DNA of 20,000 bases from Chiloscyllium plagiosum (GCF_004010195.1 NC_057717.1:103918177-103938176), one strand, 5' to 3'; positions 9,417-20,000 are shown, numbered from the stretch's first letter. Numbers and translations: made by a program. Notes: a model not told the origin generated them from the letters alone.

Positions 9417-9714
9417 CTGTTGACAGAATGGGGACACATCCTTTCAAAAACACACTCTCGCTTGCACTGAAAACTCAGTAACAGGTTGACACAGGGAAGC
9501 CTGCGGATCACGAGTGAGTGTAATCTCCAAGGCACAACATGCTTGTTTGATAAGAAGTCCAATGAGCAAGTTTTTTTCTTTTATATTGTCAATAGTTCTT
9601 ATCCCTGAAACCATAAACCCTCACTTGTGTGACCCCACACTCAGCCAGCCTTACAACCCTCCGCGGACCCGCACTCCTCAGATTATGGTCTCCCCGTTGT
9701 TTCAATATTAGTGG

Positions 9715-9918
9715 TCCCCCTCAGTTTCCAAGCTCCTAAATGCTGTGGAATTTCCCCCACAAACTTCTCCACCTCACCTTTCCTTAACATCCTCTCTGAC
9801 CTCTATTTTGGGCAGCTGTTGTTACAACACACAGGGCTTGGTGTTTGAGAATGCTCCAGTGACGTGTCTGGGACATTTTAACTACATTAAAGATGCTTTG
9901 TCAATGAAAGCTATTGTT
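9715..9918 (+). mobile_element. Old L2-like LINE 3' remnant
   Basis: Ends gtgacgtgtctgggacattttaactacattaaagatgctttgtcaatgaaagctattgtt, resembling the L2/DeuSINE-type tail as recalled. Confidence 0.45.
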
Positions 9919-10629
9919 CATTCATATAGGCCCCATGTTTTGCTATCCATTCCAGTTGGTTGTAACTGTAAGTAAATTATTTTCATGCTGGCTTTTTAAG
10001 TATGCCTCTGCCTCATAACAATTTTAATTAAAAATAGGCATTGCAAGACAATTGCACAGACGCCCAGATTCTGGATGAACAGAGTTTAAGAGTGCACCGC
10101 CTTCTGCTTTTATTTCAGTTTACAGATTCAGAGACATGTCTACTCCCAAAATGCAAGGAATTCCGAGCATGTGAGGTGTAATTACACTCAAGGCATAAAC
10201 AGATGAGGAAAGAGTTCACGGACTGAAAACTTTATTAGCTGCAACGTAGCACCTACCCTTGTTGCAACGTTTAATGGATTGTGAGGGATCTCTCGTGTGA
10301 TAATATTTCACATTGGAAGGAGGGAGACTCCAGGGAGACAAAGCTGTAATTTGGGGGAGTTAAGCATTTCACTGTAATGAACAGCACCCAGCTATATACT
10401 TGGCGAATTTACTTCAAACCCCTCCAAGATTGAAATGATTATGCAAAAGCTAAATAATATGCGAGAATTCTGAAATAAAGCAAGGCAGAATCCAAGAGAT
10501 TCTTCTGGTCTGTCCTACTAGCTGGGATATTTCAGAAGAAACACGGAACAATTTAATGCATAGGAGACTGTTCACCATTTCCATTCATTACTCTCCCACA
10601 TCACTCAGTAACATGAGCTTCCAGCCCAG

Positions 10630-10760
10630 CCTGAGCTTGAACCCCAAACCAGAGACACGAGTGATAAGGTAGGCAGCGCTCCAGTCCAGTGCTGAAGGAA
10701 TGACGCAGTGTTGGAGGTACCATCCGTTCGATGAGATGTTAAACTGAGCTCAATCCACTG
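10630..10760 (+). mobile_element. DeuSINE-type core fragment
   Basis: cagtgctgaaggaatgacgcagtgttggaggtaccatccgttcgatgagatgttaaactgag resembles the Deu-domain core. Confidence 0.55.
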
Positions 10761-10782
10761 CAACCTGACACAAGTGAGAAAC

Positions 10783-10984
10783 TGGGAGACACTGAGGTCT
10801 GCAGACGTTGGAGATCAGAGTTGAGAGTGTGCTGCTGGAAAAGCACAGCAGGTCAAGCAGCATCCGAGGAGCAGGAGAATCGACATCTCGGGCCAGAACC
10901 CTTTCCTGATGAAGGGGTCTGGTCTGATCTCCTGCTCCTCGGATGCTGCCTGACCTGCTGTGCTTTGCCAGCAACACACTCTCA
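10783..10984. mobile_element. Palindromic Penelope-derived mini-element with a perfect 13-bp TSD
   Basis: Arms at about 10820-10903 and 10906-10986 are inverted repeats; CTGATGA at 10906-10912; unpaired tail 10783-10819. ACAAGTGAGAAAC occurs at both 10770-10782 and 10985-10997. Confidence 0.85.
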
Positions 10985-11029
10985 ACAAGTGAGAAACCGT
11001 ATGGATGCGAAGCAATAATGAAGAAAAGG

Positions 11030-11260
11030 AACAAAGACAGAAATTGCTGGAGAAACTCAGCAGGTCTGGCACCATCTGTGCAGGGAAAGCAGAGTTACTG
11101 TTCGGGTCGAGCGACCCTTCATCAGAACCGGGTCACCGGACTCGAAATGTGAATGTTGTTTCTCTTTCCACAGATGCTAACAGACCTGCAGAGTTTCTCC
11201 AGCAAATTCTGTTTTTGTTTCCGATTTCCAGCATCTGCAGTTCTTTGATTTTAATCTTAA
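11030..11260. mobile_element. Palindromic Penelope-derived mini-element, second family
   Basis: Arms at about 11030-11125 and 11130-11220. Minus-strand CTGATGA(11125-11119)-A-GGGTC-GCTC-GACCC-GAAC. Unpaired tail about 11221-11256. Possible decayed TSD 11013-11029 vs 11261-11277 (12/17). Confidence 0.8.
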
Positions 11261-11576
11261 CAATAACAAATAGAACGTGTTCTCCTATCGTTAGAGTGAC
11301 TTTCTCAGAGCGGAACCTTCCACTTGGGTCAGTCAAGCTGAGAATCTGATGTGGGAATAGGGAGATGGAAGGCAATGATGTCCAGACACCAAAAGAATGG
11401 TGGACTGGGGCATGCACGTCGAGTCATCGAGCTGTACAGCATGGAAGCAGATCCATTGATCCAACTCATCCAGGCTGACCAGGTATTTGCTGCGCCACCT
11501 CATACCATAACTATCACATGAATACCACCAAATGGTCAGCACTCTGATAAGCAGGAATGATATCATGACTTCTTAC

Positions 11577-11668
11577 CTGCTGAATGATACAGGGGCAGAC
11601 AGTCATAAATAATGTCATCATGCTTCATTCGGAATCCATAATAAGCAAACACAGCCATCCTGTAGTAC
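11577..11668 (-). CDS. slc27a1: FATP internal exon (92 nt; exon 5): [31 protein letters not shown]
   Basis: LPLYHS motif. AG at 11670-11669; donor GTAAGA starting at 11576; phase 2-1. Confidence 0.95.
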
Positions 11669-12081
11669 CTACAAGCAAGCACACCCGCTGATGAGTAGGA
11701 TGGAGGGGAAAAAGCAGGGCTTTGTATCTTACAGAGCAAGCAGGTCAACTAACTGAGGTGAGAAATCCCCATCCAAGCTCTGCTGCATTGGGTCATCCTT
11801 CGTGTTGCTGGGTGCTAAAACCCAAGACAAAGATTCAACTTAACGTCTTGGTGAATAACGACTTTCCCATTGTTGAGGTGCACCAAATGATAGAGCACAA
11901 AAAAAGGGCCGTTTTGTCACTTCTGAAAGAGCTGTCAAATCTCACTCCCCCTCCCCCAGACCCCACCCACTTCAGGATTCATCCGATTCGCTTGCACAGA
12001 TGCTGCTGACTTTGTTTCTCAAGCATCGTATTTGGATCGTAATCCACCAAAAAAATACTTTTGCTGTCTCCCCTCTTGTTA

Positions 12082-12267
<186 letters not shown>

Positions 12268-12607
12268 TCAGGTGCAGCATGTTTATACAGCAACGTGCTT
12301 CTCATCTTCCAATTGTCACACAATTCCAGCTATATGTCAAGCACAGACCCCACAATGGAATGATGAACACAAGAAACATAATTGCCCCTTATCTCATAGG
12401 TCCCAGCTCTTAACTGTTATACAGAGAAATACAGAGAGTTTGAGCTGCAGTGGCTAACCACTCCAACAACGGTACAAGGTCAAAAAACACTGAGCAATCA
12501 GTGAACATTGGCCCAAACATCTACGATTTCCATAACTATAAAACGCTAACGGTTTTCACTGTTTATATAATTAAACGCTGCATTTGATTATCTCTTACCT
12601 TCAGAAT

Positions 12608-14383
12608 TAACAGCAGGGTACAGGAGGTAAAGGATATTGTATCAATAACAGCAGGGTACAGGAGGTAAAGGATGGTGTATCAGTAACAGCAGGGTACAGG
12701 AGGTAAAGGATGGTGTATCGATAACAGCAGGGAACAGGAGGTAAAGAACGGTGTATCAGTAACAGCAGGGTACAGGTGGTAAAGGAGGCTGTATCGATAA
12801 CAGCAGGGTACAGGAGGTAAACGAGGCTGTATCGATAACAGCAGGGTACAGGAAGTAAAGGAGGCTGTATCAGTAACAGCAGGGTACAGGAGGTAAAGGA
12901 TGGTGTATCGATAACAGCAGGGTACAGGTGGTAAAGGAGGCTGCATCGATAACAGCAGGGTACAGGAGGTAAAGGATGGTGTATCAGTAACAGCAGGGTA
13001 CAGGAGGTAAAGGATGGTGTATCGATAACAGCAGGGTACAATGGGTAAAGGATCGTGTATCAGTAACAGCAGGGTACAGGAGGTAAAGGATGGTGTATCA
13101 GTAAGAGCAGGGTACAATAGGTAAAGGATGGTGTATCAGTAATAGCAGGGTACAGGAGGTAAAGGAGGCTGCATCGATAACAGCAGGGTACAGGAGGTAA
13201 AGGATGGTGTATCAATAACAGCAGGGTACAGGAGGTAAAGGAGGCTGTATCAGTAACAGGAGGTAAAGGAGGCTGTATTGAAAACAGCAGAGTACAGGAG
13301 GTAAAGGATGGTGTATTGATAACAGCAGGGTACAGGAGGTAAAGGAGGCTGTATTGATAACAGCCGGGCACAGGAGGGAAAGGATGGTGTATCGATAACA
13401 GCAGGGTACATGAGGTAAAGGAGGATGTTTTGATAACAGCAGAGTACAGGAGGTAAAGGATGGTGTATTGATAACAGCAGGGTACAGGAGGTAAAGGATG
13501 GTGTATCAGTAACAGCAGGATACAGGAGGTAAAGGATGGTGTATCTGTCACAGCAGGGTACAGGAGGTAAAGGATGGTGTATCGATAGCAGCAGAGTACA
13601 GGAGGTAAAGGATAGTGTATCAGTAACAGCAGGGTACAGGAGGGTTAGGACGGTGTATCAGGAACAGCAGGGTACAGGAGGTAAAAGATTGTGTATCGAT
13701 AACAGCAGGGTACAGGAGGTAAAGGAGGCTGTATCGATAACAGCAGGGTACAGGAGGTAAAGGATTGTGTATCGATAACAGCAGGGTACAGGAGGTAAAG
13801 GAGGCTGTATCGATAACAGCAGGGTACAGGAGGTAAAGGATGGTGTATCAGTAACAGCAGGGTACAAGAGGTCAAGGAGGCTGTATCGATAACAGCAGGG
13901 TGCAGGAGGTAAAGGATGGTGTATCGATAACAGCAGGGTACAGGAGGTAAAGGATGGTGTATCAGTAACAGCAGGGTTACAATAGGTAAAGGATGGTGTA
14001 TCGATAACGGCAGGGTACAGGAGGTAAAGGATGGTGTATCAGTAACAGCAGGGTATACGAGGTAAAGGATGGTGTATCAGTAACAGCAGGGGACAGGAGG
14101 TAAAGGATATTGTATCAATAACAGCAGAGTACACGAGGTAAATGATGGTGTATCAGTAACAGCAGGGTACAGGAGGTAAAGGATGGTGTATCAGTAACAG
14201 CAGGGTACAGGAGGTAAAGGATGCTGTATCGATAACGGCAGGGTACAGGAGGTAAAGGATGGTGTATCGATAACAGCAGGGTACAGGAGGTACAGGAGGC
14301 AGTATCAATAACAGCAGAGTACACGAGGTTAAGGATGGTGTATCAGTAACAGCAGGGTACAGGAGGTAAAGAATGTTGTATCA
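12608..14383. repeat. 38-bp minisatellite, about 47 units: AACAGCAGGGTACAGGAGGTAAAGGA(TGG/GGC)TGTATC(GA/AG)T
   Basis: Period 38 (CAGCAGGGTA at 12611, 12649, 12687). No unique spacers; one shortened unit near 13255. Confidence 0.99.
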
Positions 14384-15099
14384 TGAACCAGGTGATACTT
14401 GCCCAGTGTCATTTGCAAGGAAAGTGAAAGAAGACAGATTTCCCTGACAACCAGACACATGGCCATTCGCAGTCATGTATGCATCAAACGTACAACCCCT
14501 TACACTGCTTCCTCTAATAGGAATTAACCCTCGGTCATAGCAGCCCATTAGCCAGCGTTGTTCACATGCTTATCTCATACAGTGGGGAGGAAACATACTG
14601 TCAGAGCACCAAGGATAGATGGCTGGTCTAAAATACAAGGCCTCAGAGACTGACAATTCACCCCGGGATTGGAAATTAAGAAACAATGTGTGTCACGGGG
14701 CAGTTGTTGGAAGTTCAGCCCAGTGTCCCTACTGTTTGAGAGCAGCTTGTCAGGGTTTTGGCAATCAAGCAAACCTGTGTTCGAGACAGCCCAGCCTTTT
14801 CGGTTACACTGGCTGGAAAGGACAGAACCAGTTGCAACAAGCAGCTAGAAATGAAAAGCTCACTGTACATATATAAGCTCTCGAAGATGGAAATCTAATC
14901 TGGTGACTACAGAAGTCACTACTGAAACATTAATGGAATGGAATTGAATGAATACACTACAGTGGTCCAAAGGCAGCTCACCTTAAGAGTAATTAAGGAG
15001 GGATAGCCAACCAGTGAAGCCCACATCCCAGGAGGGAAAGTTTTTAAAAATCAACTGGTCAACAGTAGGGCTGATGTTTACAGTAGAATAAGTACTCTG

Positions 15100-15292
15100 A
15101 TTTTAATTCTGGGTCAGTTCTTTGCTACAATCCAAACCGAATCCCACTGCTCTGTCTATGCTCAATAGTCCTGTATGTTCCTCTGTTTTTAAATATTTAC
15201 CTAACTTTCTCTTTTTAGATCCATCAGTCACTGACCTCAACCCCTCCCTGCAAGCCAAACCCATATTCCCAACAGTCCTCAGTGAAATGAAA
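15100..15292 (-). mobile_element. Old CR1 3' remnant
   Basis: aatcccactgctctg...aaatatttacctaac...cctcaacccctccctgcaagcc...attcccaacagtcctcagtgaaa follows the reverse CR1 end layout seen at 160-414. Confidence 0.45.
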
Positions 15293-15511
15293 TTAATTAA
15301 TTGCAATTAATTGTATTCACTAATCTTTTGGCTACAATTCTAGCGTGACATCTCCTGGACAGCCACTGCTGAACGAAAGAAAACAGTCCTTCGCCATTCA
15401 TCTTGTTAAAATTCGTCATCATTTAAAAACAAACTCAATTAAAACTTCACTTACATTCCTCTGCATATAATCCCAACATCTCAATCCTTGCCCAACAACT
15501 CAAGTTCCACT

Positions 15512-15688
15512 TCTTTTTATTCACTTATGGTCGGTGATGTCACTGGCTGAGCCCAGCATTTATTTACCCATCCCTAATTCCCAGAGGGCAGTTAAGAGCC
15601 TACCACGTTGCTGTGGGTCTGGAGTCACATGTAGGCCCGACCAGGTAAGGATGGCTGTTTTCCTTCCCTAAAGGATATTAGTCAGCCT
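15512..15688 (-). mobile_element. 3' part of a tRNA-derived SINE with a LINE-like tail
   Basis: 15596-15688 is a close homologue of 16092-16186. 15512-15580 is the reverse of the LINE tail at 4660-4730. Confidence 0.75.
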
Positions 15689-16087
15689 TAACATTAGGAC
15701 ATCCTAAGCATTAGCCTAGCGGAGGAGATGGAAATTCCAAACTCTTCCCCCCACCCTGTCAAAAGGTTCTTGGGAAGGGGGTGACAACCGAAGATTTCAA
15801 AACTCGGATTTACAAATTTGGTACCGAGGGAATAAAGGTGGTCCGACGATGTCAAATGTCCAGTCTCGGCAGGGAAGGCCAAACAGCTTTCCAATTCTAG
15901 GAAACCAACGCCAGCCCTAAAACGTGGGCAGCTTCTGACCAATTAGGGAACAAATGGCGCTTGAATTTCAAAGAAATCCTGCTCACAGCTGAGCAGAACA
16001 TGCAGGCATTAAATTTCAGGCTCACACTCATTCCACAGCTGCTGGGATTAGACCTGGAAGTTTATTTTAAACCAGCATGAAGGCATC

Positions 16088-16347
16088 ACTGAGAATCAAC
16101 CACATTGCTGTGGGTCTGGGGTCACATGTCGGCCAGGCCAGGTAAGGACGGCAGATTCCTTCCCCAAAGGACATTAAATGAGCCAGATGAGTTGTTTCAA
16201 CAATCAATAATGAACCTGTGGTCTTCATTAGATTTTTAATTCCGGATTTTTATTGGAGTCAATCTGCCGTGGTGGGATTTGAACCAGAACATTGCGTGGG
16301 CCCCTGAATTAACAGTCCTGTGATAATACCACTAGGCCACTGCCTCC
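16088..16347 (-). mobile_element. 5' part of a tRNA-derived SINE (same family as 15512-15688)
   Basis: Minus strand starts GGAGGCAGTGGCCTAGTGG. Pol III box A TGGCCTAGTGG at 16339-16329, box B GGTTCAAATCC at 16285-16275. Confidence 0.8.
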
Positions 16348-17121
16348 ATATTGTATTCCTGTTTGAGTTTTGTCTTGTCTGGTTTCTCCGTGTGACGATT
16401 ATGATGTTTGGTGATCAGAATCACGTGAAAGGTCAGTAAGAAAAACACACACTCAAATAAAAAATCATCTGCCAACAAGAATCTTGTCGCAATTTCAGAA
16501 GAGTGGCTATTTTTAAATCAGCTGACATCTGGTGTGTGATAAACGACGAGAAAACTTCCCAACTCTGCCTTGACATATTAGCTTTGGCTCAGTTTGATGA
16601 TCACAGCATGAGCAAGTCACCGTCACAACCCCTGCAAGCCACCTTAGCTCAATCAAGACAGTGTCTGTAACTGAAACGGTTACTGGCAGCGCACTGCAGC
16701 CATACTCTGTGCACTTTTCCACTTATTAAATACAAAAGGCAACAGCTGAATGGCATGAACTGAAATCAGTTAGATGCACATCAACTAATGCAGTCTCTGG
16801 TGCGGCTTTTCATTTACAAAATAAAAATGAACAATCTGACAGGGCACAGGAGTCCCATATTAATCTCCATTGTATCAGATTCACCTCTTGCAAAAAAAAC
16901 CGTCCAAGCGTTAAAGCCACAATGCTCAAGATGTGTAATTTTATTTCAAGAACATTAATTTTTTAAAAATCTAAAAGACTTCACTAATAGAATGAAACCT
17001 GTTCTACTGCAAAGAGGGAAGCATAATCCATCTTTTGTACCGTGTCGGAAACGTTGCATCACTCGGGCCTTGGAGTGGCTGCTGGAACCCCTACTGGAAT
17101 GCACTGCTTTCACTGACAGTG

Positions 17122-17320
17122 ATGTGGAGGTGTCAGCGTTGGACTGGGGTGGACAAAGTTAAAAATCACAGGACACCAAACAGGTTTATTTGGAAGCACT
17201 AGCTCTCAGAGCGCTGCTCCTTCGTCAAGTAGCTCCCTGATGAAGGAGCGGCGCTCCGAAAGCTAGTGCTTCCAAATAAACCTGTTGGACTATAACCTGG
17301 TGCAGTGTGATTTTTAACTT
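17122..17320. mobile_element. Palindromic Penelope-derived mini-element, third family, with an intact hammerhead core and a TSD
   Basis: Arms at about 17156-17228 and 17237-17320; tail 17122-17155. CTGATGA-A-GGAGC-GGC-GCTCC-GAAA-GC-TA at 17237-17265. TTCACTGACAGTG (17109-17121) vs TTCAATGACAGTG (17319-17331), 12/13. Confidence 0.85.
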
Positions 17321-17470
17321 CAATGACAGTGGAAGGTCATGTTCAACCTTCACAGAGGCAAGTAGATCGATATTTGAAAGGCAGAAATATGCCCGGCTAG
17401 GAATGGAGGAGTGGGATGAATCAGAAAGTGCAAGCCCGTTAGGTTGAATGGCCTGTACTCTATGATTCTA
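17321..17470 (+). mobile_element. Old CR1 3' remnant
   Basis: tagatcgatatttgaaaggcagaaatatg...aggttgaatggcctgtactctatgattcta, similar to 8860-8985. Confidence 0.5.
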
Positions 17471-18734
17471 CACTACTAATATAGAAAAACGGAACTTTTC
17501 CAGCACAGAATGTGACCATCCGTCCAATATGGAAGGACCATCTTGATAAAGCTGCCAACAATATTCTTGGAAAAAAACCTACAAGTAGACAGACTACTGC
17601 TCACCGAATTTCTGTGCAAATACATTTGCATGTTGTTTTTGAGGGGTTCAGGTTCGAGTGGGTGGAGGGAGTGGAAGGGATGGTGAGGCTTACTCCAAGG
17701 ATTCTTTTATGCCTCAATGACAATGCTCTGACTCACTTGGATATTCTCCCTCAAGTGGGACAAAGGTCACAATTCGCCCAGTCATGTGAAGTAGGTGAAA
17801 GGCTGAACTCGTTGCTGGCTCCTGTCACCTTAGTTTGTTGGGTGTTTATGGATGTGACTCAGGCGGAAAATACATTCAGAGAGTGAGAAGATTTGAAAAG
17901 TACACCTTCTGCTGTACAACTAATTCAAGTGGGGAAAAAGAACGCACAGAACAATTTCCTGATACCTCCGTTAAAGACTGTATAATAATTTTAGGCCAAT
18001 TCAGAAGCCAAAGTCAAAAGGACACATATGCCACCCCATTTCACACTCTGTAAGTAGTCTGCATTTCTGCTGTGACATTAGCTTTTAACCTGGCACACTA
18101 CTTCCAAGACTATTGTTCAACTGTTGGGAATCCAGGCAAAGTTAGCTGCTTGAAAATTCACCAAGTGAAGGAGAAGTCAATGAATTTGTTCAGACATTTC
18201 AGACTGCAAGCTTCAATCACAAGATCAACGTCTGGTTTGGTCTATTTTTAAAAGATTGATTTGTGTTCACAACCAATTCACACCATATGCAGCATAACAG
18301 ATTCAATGTGAGACTTCAAATTCTGTCATATCAACTTCAGTGTCATTGTTCATTGAACATGTCACTTTACACAAACGTGGAAGTTACTGGCCTGTTTTCA
18401 CGGGGAAAGCATTTCAGGAAGTAATGCAATACATTAATGCAGATCTTTAAACACTATATTATCCCTGCTCTGTTTCTGGCTGCTCCTGGTTGCAGGCTGT
18501 TGCAAAACTGTGTGGAGAACGCACACTACCCATCAGAGAGTGCGATAAAATAGTATTTCCAGACCCCCCAATGACCCGGTTTGCAGAATCATTGCTGCAG
18601 CCAATCAGGGAGATGGAAAGGAGGCAGCTCATTTACCTCTCACCCGATTGCAACATGCATAGCTGTTAGTCCAGTTTTATAATCATTGTGCTACTATCCT
18701 GTCTACCACAAGGTGCATTTTTACTGCGAGTATC

Positions 18735-18890
18735 CATGATGAATGGCAGGATCCTGGGAAGCAGTGATGGTCAAAGGGACCTTGATATGCATGTCCACTG
18801 GTCCCTTAAGGTATCCGAACAGCCACTTAAAGTGGTTGTGAATGCATTTCTTATATTTGCATTTATTAGTTGGATATAGAGTTTAAGAGC
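18735..18890 (+). mobile_element. CR1 RT fragment
   Basis: NGRILGSSDGQRDLDMHVHWSLKV...AFLIFAFIS is homologous to RILGSVEEQRDLGVQVHRSLKI...AYGVLAFIN of the 5913-6951 CR1. Confidence 0.8.
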
Positions 18891-19793
18891 TAAAGTGAGG
18901 CAGAAACCAGGCAGATGGGAGCAACGGTTGCTCTCCAACACAGGGAAAAATCCTTGTCATCAGGTGTGAGGTCCTCTCAGTGTTGTTATATGTGGTACAG
19001 GTCTGGCCTACTCCCCGAACCTGCACTGCTGCAGTCACCCGGGACATCTTCCATTTTACGTGGAGATCAAAGATGAACCATGTCCAAAGGGAAACACTGT
19101 ACACAGAACTAGCAAAAGTGGGGAGAAAAAACACCACCCAATGCCACCGTCACCCTGATGGCCACCTTTGTGTGTGGCTGCATCAAGCTGTGCATGGAAC
19201 CCACGGTACATAAACACTAAGTGTCACTAGTACTGAAGTTCTATCTTTCCCCGATAGTGCAAAGGATGGGCCTGGTCTCGTTGCCATGGAACGTGCCAAG
19301 TAGTTGGACTGTTCCTTATCAATTGTCCCTTGTGGAGAAATTTGTGAAGAAAAAGCCCTTTGACCACACCATCACACCCACTCCAGGTACTGGCTCCGAC
19401 CCCACTCCCAGCTCTACACCCGTTGCCATGGAACGTGCCAAGTAGTTGGACTGTTCCTTATCAATTGTCCCTTGTGGAGAAATTTGTGAAGAAAAACCCC
19501 TTTGACCACAAGTCCATCAGGAAGTGGTCAGCATGGAGTGTCCTTGAGACCCTTCGGGAAAAGGAGAGGGCGGATCCTGTCGAGTGGTTCCCTGGGCAGA
19601 CTGTCAAAGCCATTTGGCAGAATGCCTCATCGCCAGAACTTTCTAACATGTACCAAGACATGGCTTGGCTGGTGGTGAGAAGGGCTCTGCCTGTGAGATC
19701 CTTTATGCACGCCCGGACTCTCAGCTGCACCGCACGCTGCCCTGAAGCGGCTGCGGGGGGGACAAGACTGTCACACACCTCCTTCTGGAATGC
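18891..19793 (+). mobile_element. Tx1/L1-clade LINE ORF2 C-terminal remnant (post-RT region and zf-RVT-like zinc knuckle), frameshifted
   Basis: Peptides KVRQK.GRWEQR.LS..GK, LVIRCEVLSVLLYV.QVWP, IFHFTWRSKM, IWQNASSPELSN..QD.AWLVVRRALPVR and ARCP...TVTHLLLEC, read across frameshifts. Confidence 0.85.
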
Positions 19794-20000
19794 GCCCCCA
19801 TTCCCCCCACCATCACACCCACTCCAGGTACTGGCTCCGACCCCACTCCCAGCTCTACACCCCCACCAGCTCCCAGCCCTGCCGAGTTTTCACCATCCCC
19901 CCAGACCTCCCCCTCACTGAGGATGAACGATCAGTCCTCAGCAAAGGACTCACCTTTGTCCCCCTCCGTCCACGCACCAATGAATTTAATACACGCCGTG
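19794..20000 (+). mobile_element. Penelope-like element coding region (N-terminal to the RT core), running off the window
   Basis: The frame from 19862 translates PTSSQPCRVFTIPPDLPLTEDERSVLSKGLTFVPLRPRTNEFNTRR with no stop. LxxxExxVLxKGLxFxP is the conserved N-terminal motif of PLE reverse transcriptases. Confidence 0.75.

Noticed and set aside
10750..11417. Overlapping ORFs on both strands with near-identical peptides
   Set aside because: They are a direct consequence of the palindromic elements, not genes.
12608..14383. CRISPR-like array, or a repetitive protein from the long ORFs in the 38-bp repeat
   Set aside because: Units are head-to-tail with no unique spacers, the context is a vertebrate intron with no cas genes, and the ORFs are by-products of the repeat period.
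15295..15312. Perfect 18-bp palindrome AATTAATTGCAATTAATT
   Set aside because: Low-complexity AT-rich sequence at a repeat boundary with no supporting context.
16270..16347. tRNA gene
   Set aside because: Box A and B are present but I cannot fold a cloverleaf, and the sequence continues into a SINE body repeated at 15596-15688.
17605..17915. Possible missing exon 3 (minus-strand GTGAG donor at 17604) or the 124-aa plus-strand ORF
   Set aside because: The translation shows no FATP or other recognisable similarity; exon 3 is probably beyond position 20000.
18595..18615. Isolated CCAAT box (GCAGCCAATCAG)
   Set aside because: A single motif with no CpG island or other promoter evidence.

Overview
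Vertebrate genomic DNA; the repeat repertoire looks like a cartilaginous fish (shark), recognised from memory rather than a database. The minus strand carries seven consecutive internal coding exons (70, 92, 110, 210, 127, 138, 165 nt; all GT-AG and phase-compatible; 912 nt) of a long-chain fatty-acid transport protein, most likely slc27a1 (FATP1). The first three and last two coding exons are not visible. A 500-N gap (1288-1787) separates the gene from a CpG-rich promoter built from three 65-bp units, each holding two oppositely oriented ZNF143/THAP11-type motifs. The introns contain CR1 and Tx1 LINE remnants, SINEs, a solo LTR and two minisatellites (22 bp and 38 bp). The most interesting signal is seven short insertions from four sequence families that share a minimal hammerhead-ribozyme architecture typical of Penelope-like elements. 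Three are ~200-bp fold-back palindromes with the hammerhead core at the apex, a ~35-bp one-sided tail and flanking target-site duplications (one perfect, one near-perfect, one degraded). The start of a Penelope-like RT coding region lies at the right edge, next to a recent templated A-P-A-B-P rearrangement.
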